From: Caulobacteraceae bacterium
GTDB taxonomy: Bacteria; Pseudomonadota; Alphaproteobacteria; Caulobacterales; Caulobacteraceae
Length of the DNA: 64,000 bases
Reading direction: 5' to 3'
NCBI GenBank assembly: GCA_019746095.1
Contig: JAIESL010000002.1
Location: 100,603-164,602 of the forward strand
Both the position numbers and the translations under genes were made by a program. Shown here one piece after another: positions 59,851 through 64,000 of the stretch (the stretch's first letter is position 1; every line of letters starts with the position of its first letter). The notes beneath the pieces are model-generated. The model was not told where the DNA came from. It was given only the letters and a program-made list of their open reading frames with translations, and ran no database searches.

Positions 59851-62800
59851 CTACAGGTTCAGCAGCGCCGGGTCGCCGCCCTGGGCGGAGATGTTGTTGC
59901 TGATGGCCTTTTCCGCGGCGTAGCGGATCAGACTGTAGGGGCCGCCGGCCTTGGGGCCGGTGCCGGACAGGCCCTCGCCACCGAAGGGCTGGACGCCGAC
60001 CACTGCGCCGATGATCGAGCGGTTGATGTAAACGTTGCCGGCCGGGACCAGACGCGCGACCTCCTCGGCAAAGGCCTCGATGCGGCTGTGGACGCCCAGC
60101 GTCAGGCCGTAGCCGCGGGCGGCCAGTTTCGACGCCGTCTCCTTCAGCTTCGAGGGCTCATAGCGGCAGACGTGCAGGATCGGGCCGAAGACCTCGCGCT
60201 CCAGATAGTCGGCGGTCGGGATCTCGGCGATGGTCGGGGCGAACAGGTGGCCCTTGTCGGCACCGGCGGGGAGTTCGGCGCGGGCAATGTTCCTGGCATC
60301 GCCTTCGAGCCGCTTCAGGTGGGCCTCGAGCATGGCCTTGGCGTCGGCATCAATGACGGGGCCGATGTCGGTGGCGGGGTCGGTCGGATCGCCCACGACC
60401 TGGGCGGCGAGCGCGCCCTTGAGCCCCTCGATCAGGGCGTCAGCGGCATCATGCGGGACATAGAGCAGGCGCAGGGCCGAGCAGCGCTGACCGGACGAGC
60501 CGAAGGCCGACAGGATGACGTCGTCGATGATCTGTTCCTTCAGCGCCGTGGTGTCGACGAACATGCCGTTGAGGCCACCGGTCTCGGCGATGAAGGGGAT
60601 GATGGCACCCGGGCGGGCCGCCAGGGCGCGGTTGATCAGGCTGGCCGTGTCGGTGCCGCCGGTGAAGGCGACGCCGTCGATGCCGGGGTGGCTGACCAGT
60701 TTGGCGCCGACCGTCTCGCCACGTCCGGGTACGAGGGCCAGAAGGTTCGGGTCCAGACCGGCCTTGTGATAGAGGCGCACGGCCTCGGCGGCGATCAGGG
60801 GGGTCTGTTCTGCGGGCTTGGCGACGACGGCATTGCCGGCGGCCAGGGCGGCGGCGACCTGGCCGGTGAAGATGGCCAGGGGGAAGTTCCAGGGGCTGAT
60901 GCAGGCGAAGACGCCGCGGCCGTGCAGGACCAGCTGGTTGATCTCGCCGACGGGGCCCTTGAGCTCGGTCGGGCCACCGAAGTCGCGTTCGGCCAGCATG
61001 GCGTAGTAGCGGCAGAAGTCGGCGGCCTCGCGGATCTCGGCCACGCCGTCGTTCAGGGTCTTTCCGGCCTCGCGAGAGAGCAGGGCGACCAGCCGGTCCA
61101 TGTTCGCTTCCAGCGCATCGGCCATGGCGCGCAGGACCGTGCCCCGGCCCGCCCCGCCCTTGCGGTCCCAGGCGATCTGGGCACGGGCGGCGGCGTCGAC
61201 GGCGGCGTCGATGTCGGCCTCGGTCGCTTCCGAGACATGGCCCAGCACGCGGGACGTGTCGAAGGGGTTGGTGACCGGCTGGGCATTGGTCCCGGCCTTG
61301 AGCTTGCCGCCGATGATCGGGCCGGCGGTCAGGGTCTCGCTGTCGACCTTCTGCAGCGCGACGGCGTGGCGTTCACGGTCGGCGGCTTGCGAATAATCGC
61401 GGCCCAGCGAGTTCTGGCGGTCCATATACATGTCCTTCGGGGTCGGGATCTTGGCGTGGCGGTCGGGGTGGGCCTCGACAGCGGAGATGGGGTCGGCGGC
61501 GACGGCGGAGGCGGGCACCCGCTCGTCCAGCAGGGCGTGGACGAACGAGGAGTTGGCCCCGTTCTCGAGCAGGCGGCGCACCAGATAGGGCAGCAGGTCC
61601 TCATGCCCGCCGACGGGGGCATAGGCGCGGACCGTCACGGGCCCGAAGGCGTCATGGGCGGCGTCGTACAGGGCCTCGCCCATGCCGTGCAGGCGCTGGA
61701 ATTCGATCTTCACGCTCCGCTCCGTGGCCATCCTGTAGACGGCCGCCAGCGAGTGGGCGTTATGGGTGGCGAACTGGCTGTAGATATGCGGCGCGGCCTC
61801 GATCATCGCCCTGGCGCAGACGAGGTAATTGAGGTCAGTCGCCGCCTTGGTGGTGAAGACCGGATAGTCGGTGCGGCCGAAGACCTGGGCGCGCTTGATC
61901 TCGGTGTCCCAATAGGCCCCCTTGACCAGACGGACCATCAGCCGGCGGCCGGAGGTCTTCGCCAGCTCTGCAACGCGGCGGATCACCTCGGGGCAGCGCT
62001 TCTGATAGGCCTGGACGGCGAGACCGAGGCCGGTCCAGCCGCCCAGTTCGGGCTCATGCGCCAGCCGGTCCAGCAGCTTCAGCGACAGGGCCAGACGGTC
62101 GGCCTCTTCGGCGTCCATGGTGAAGTTGATGTCGTACTGCGCCGCGATCCGGGCCAGCCGCAGGATGCGGGGATAGAGCTCGTCCCAGACGCGGGCCTCA
62201 TGCGTGGCCTCATAGCGGGGTGACAGGGCCGACAGCTTGACCGAGACGCCGTGGCCGGCCTCCGGCCCCTGCCCCTTGGCCGTCTTGCCCACCGCGGTGA
62301 TGGCGTCGGCGTAGATCTTCTCGTAGCGCTCGGCGTCATGGGCGGTGCGGGCACCCTCGCCCAGCATGTCAAAGCTGCACAGCCAGCCCTCGCGCTGCGA
62401 CCGCTTCAGCGCCGCCTCGATGGTGCGGCCGACCACGAACTGCTCGCCCATGATGCGGACGGCGGCGGCGACGGCCTCGCGGATGACCGGCTCGCCCAGA
62501 CGGCCGACGATCCGCTTGAGGAAGCCGGGCAGGTCCGTGCGGGCCTCCTCGTCCACATCCACCAGCTTGCCGGTCAGCATCAGGCCCCAGGTCGAGGCGT
62601 TGACGAACAGGCTGTCGGACTGGCCGAGGTGGGACGACCAGTCGGCCGAGCCGATCTTTTCGGCGATCAGCCGGTCGCGGGTCTCCTCGTCCGGGGTGCG
62701 CAGCAGGGCCTCGGCCAGGCACATCAGGGCCAGACCCTCGCGGGTGCCGAGCGAGAATTCCTGCAGGAAGCTTTCGACCACGCCCTGTTTCTTGACGCTG

Positions 62801-62979
62801 GCGCGGGCGTGTTCGACCAGGCCGATGGCGCTCGACAGCACGGCCGCGCGTTCGGCCCCGTCCAGCGGCATGCGGGCCAGCAGCCCCCGGACCGTGGCAG
62901 TCTCGTCCGCGAACTTGCCCGCGTCCAGTGCATCCCAATCCTGGGACAGGGCGACCGGCGGGGAGACATGTGCGTTCAT
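59851..62979 (-). CDS. putA: Bifunctional proline dehydrogenase/P5C dehydrogenase (no RHH domain)
   Basis: SFDMLGEGA, RLVKGAYWD.E, FATHNA, ETGG and GQRCSALR motifs. Confidence 0.97.
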   Translation of the reverse strand: MNAHVSPPVALSQDWDALDAGKFADETATVRGLLARMPLDGAERAAVLSSAIGLVEHARASVKKQGVVESFLQEFSLGTREGLALMCLAEALLRTPDEETRDRLIAEKIGSADWSSHLGQSDSLFVNASTWGLMLTGKLVDVDEEARTDLPGFLKRIVGRLGEPVIREAVAAAVRIMGEQFVVGRTIEAALKRSQREGWLCSFDMLGEGARTAHDAERYEKIYADAITAVGKTAKGQGPEAGHGVSVKLSALSPRYEATHEARVWDELYPRILRLARIAAQYDINFTMDAEEADRLALSLKLLDRLAHEPELGGWTGLGLAVQAYQKRCPEVIRRVAELAKTSGRRLMVRLVKGAYWDTEIKRAQVFGRTDYPVFTTKAATDLNYLVCARAMIEAAPHIYSQFATHNAHSLAAVYRMATERSVKIEFQRLHGMGEALYDAAHDAFGPVTVRAYAPVGGHEDLLPYLVRRLLENGANSSFVHALLDERVPASAVAADPISAVEAHPDRHAKIPTPKDMYMDRQNSLGRDYSQAADRERHAVALQKVDSETLTAGPIIGGKLKAGTNAQPVTNPFDTSRVLGHVSEATEADIDAAVDAAARAQIAWDRKGGAGRGTVLRAMADALEANMDRLVALLSREAGKTLNDGVAEIREAADFCRYYAMLAERDFGGPTELKGPVGEINQLVLHGRGVFACISPWNFPLAIFTGQVAAALAAGNAVVAKPAEQTPLIAAEAVRLYHKAGLDPNLLALVPGRGETVGAKLVSHPGIDGVAFTGGTDTASLINRALAARPGAIIPFIAETGGLNGMFVDTTALKEQIIDDVILSAFGSSGQRCSALRLLYVPHDAADALIEGLKGALAAQVVGDPTDPATDIGPVIDADAKAMLEAHLKRLEGDARNIARAELPAGADKGHLFAPTIAEIPTADYLEREVFGPILHVCRYEPSKLKETASKLAARGYGLTLGVHSRIEAFAEEVARLVPAGNVYINRSIIGAVVGVQPFGGEGLSGTGPKAGGPYSLIRYAAEKAISNNISAQGGDPALLNL

Positions 62980-63093
62980 GGCGCGCGTCCTAGACCATTC
63001 CGCAACGGAACGGGAGAGGCTGCGGCGTCTCGCCAATCGCCGTCCAAGGCGCTAGAGGTTGCGACCGATCAACGGCGGAGCCATCCGGCCCAT

Positions 63094-64000
63094 ATGCGCA
63101 TCGTTCTGGCCACTGACGCCTGGGAGCCCCAGGTCAACGGCGTTGTCCGCACCCTGACCCGGACCATCGCGGAATGCCGCGCCATGGGCCATGAGGTCGA
63201 GGTCATCGAACCCAGTCAGTTCAAGACCATCCCTGCCCCGACCTATCCGGAGATCCGGCTGGCGCTGGGGGCCGAGGAAGAGATTCGCGAGCGGCTGCGG
63301 GCGTATGAGCCGGAGGCGGTGCATATCGCCACCGAGGGCCCCATCGGCATCGCCACGCGGCGCATCTGCGTGGAGTGGAAGCTGCCATTCACGACCAGCT
63401 ATCACACGAAATTCCCTGAATATATTTCGGCGCGCTTCCCGGTCCCGGTGCAGGTCGGCTACGCCTATATGAAATGGTTCCACAAGCCGTCCGGGCGGCT
63501 GATGGTGGCCACACCGACGCTGCGGGACGAGCTGCTGGAGCGCGGCTTCCGCAATGTCTCGCCCTGGTCGCGGGGCGTCGACACCGAACAGTTCAACCCC
63601 GACCTGCCGCGCATCTATCACGAGCTGGGCGGCAAGGACTGGCCGCGGCCCTTCTGGCTGAATGTCGGCCGGGTGGCGGTCGAGAAGAATATCGAGGCCT
63701 TCCTCGAAACCGACCTGCCGGGCACCAAGATCGTGGTCGGCGACGGGCCGGCGCGGGCCGAGCTGGAAGAGAAATATCCCGAGGCCAAATTCCTCGGGGC
63801 CCGGTTCGGCGAGGAACTGGCGCGGTGTTTCCGCGACGCCGATGTCTTCGTCTTCCCCAGCTGGACCGACACCTTCGGCCTGGTGATCCTGGAGGCCATG
63901 GGCACGGGTACGCCGGTCGCCGCCTATCCGGCCCACGGCCCGATCGACATCATTCCCGGCTCGAACGCCGGGGCCATTGATCCGGATCTGCGCACCGCCT
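63094..64000 (+). CDS. GT4 glycosyltransferase, truncated by the window end
   Basis: MRIVLATDAWEPQVNGVVRT, GRVAVEKN and FPSWTDTFGLV.LEAM motifs; absent from the ORF track because there is no stop in the window. Confidence 0.92.
   Translation, partial: MRIVLATDAWEPQVNGVVRTLTRTIAECRAMGHEVEVIEPSQFKTIPAPTYPEIRLALGAEEEIRERLRAYEPEAVHIATEGPIGIATRRICVEWKLPFTTSYHTKFPEYISARFPVPVQVGYAYMKWFHKPSGRLMVATPTLRDELLERGFRNVSPWSRGVDTEQFNPDLPRIYHELGGKDWPRPFWLNVGRVAVEKNIEAFLETDLPGTKIVVGDGPARAELEEKYPEAKFLGARFGEELARCFRDADVFVFPSWTDTFGLVILEAMGTGTPVAAYPAHGPIDIIPGSNAGAIDPDLRTA

Overview
High-GC alphaproteobacterial chromosome segment, most consistent with Brevundimonas (Caulobacteraceae), judged from gene content and from CtrA-, SigT- and sigma54-type motifs. 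It is mostly core metabolism: amt (3' end), ubiA, an LD-carboxypeptidase/Mur-ligase pair, apbE, a Fur-boxed TonB-dependent receptor, a yerC-hisG-D-(C'B)-H-A-F-IE operon, zwf-pgl-edd-glk, hmgA, acyl-CoA dehydrogenases, eda, ribokinase, ompW, TPP riboswitch plus thiC, phaA/phaR, a GT2/ArnT pair, putA and a truncated GT4. I found no rRNA, tRNA, CRISPR array, transposase, integrase or prophage. The most unusual signals are: (1) four hairpin elements whose inverted arms are tandem heptamers in three different sequence families (GAGGGTC, TAGGGCT, GGTGATT), always with the G-rich arm first, one of them inserted in-frame in thiC; (2) three 213-215 bp REP-doublet elements alternating with unrelated genes like a cassette array, including a zeta-toxin-like pair, and abutting a decayed duplicate of part of a dsbA-family gene; (3) a HisC-like domain lacking its PLP lysine fused to HisB; (4) an unannotated 22-codon hydrophobic ORF behind a near-consensus sigma54 promoter. 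All homology calls come from motif recognition, not database searches.
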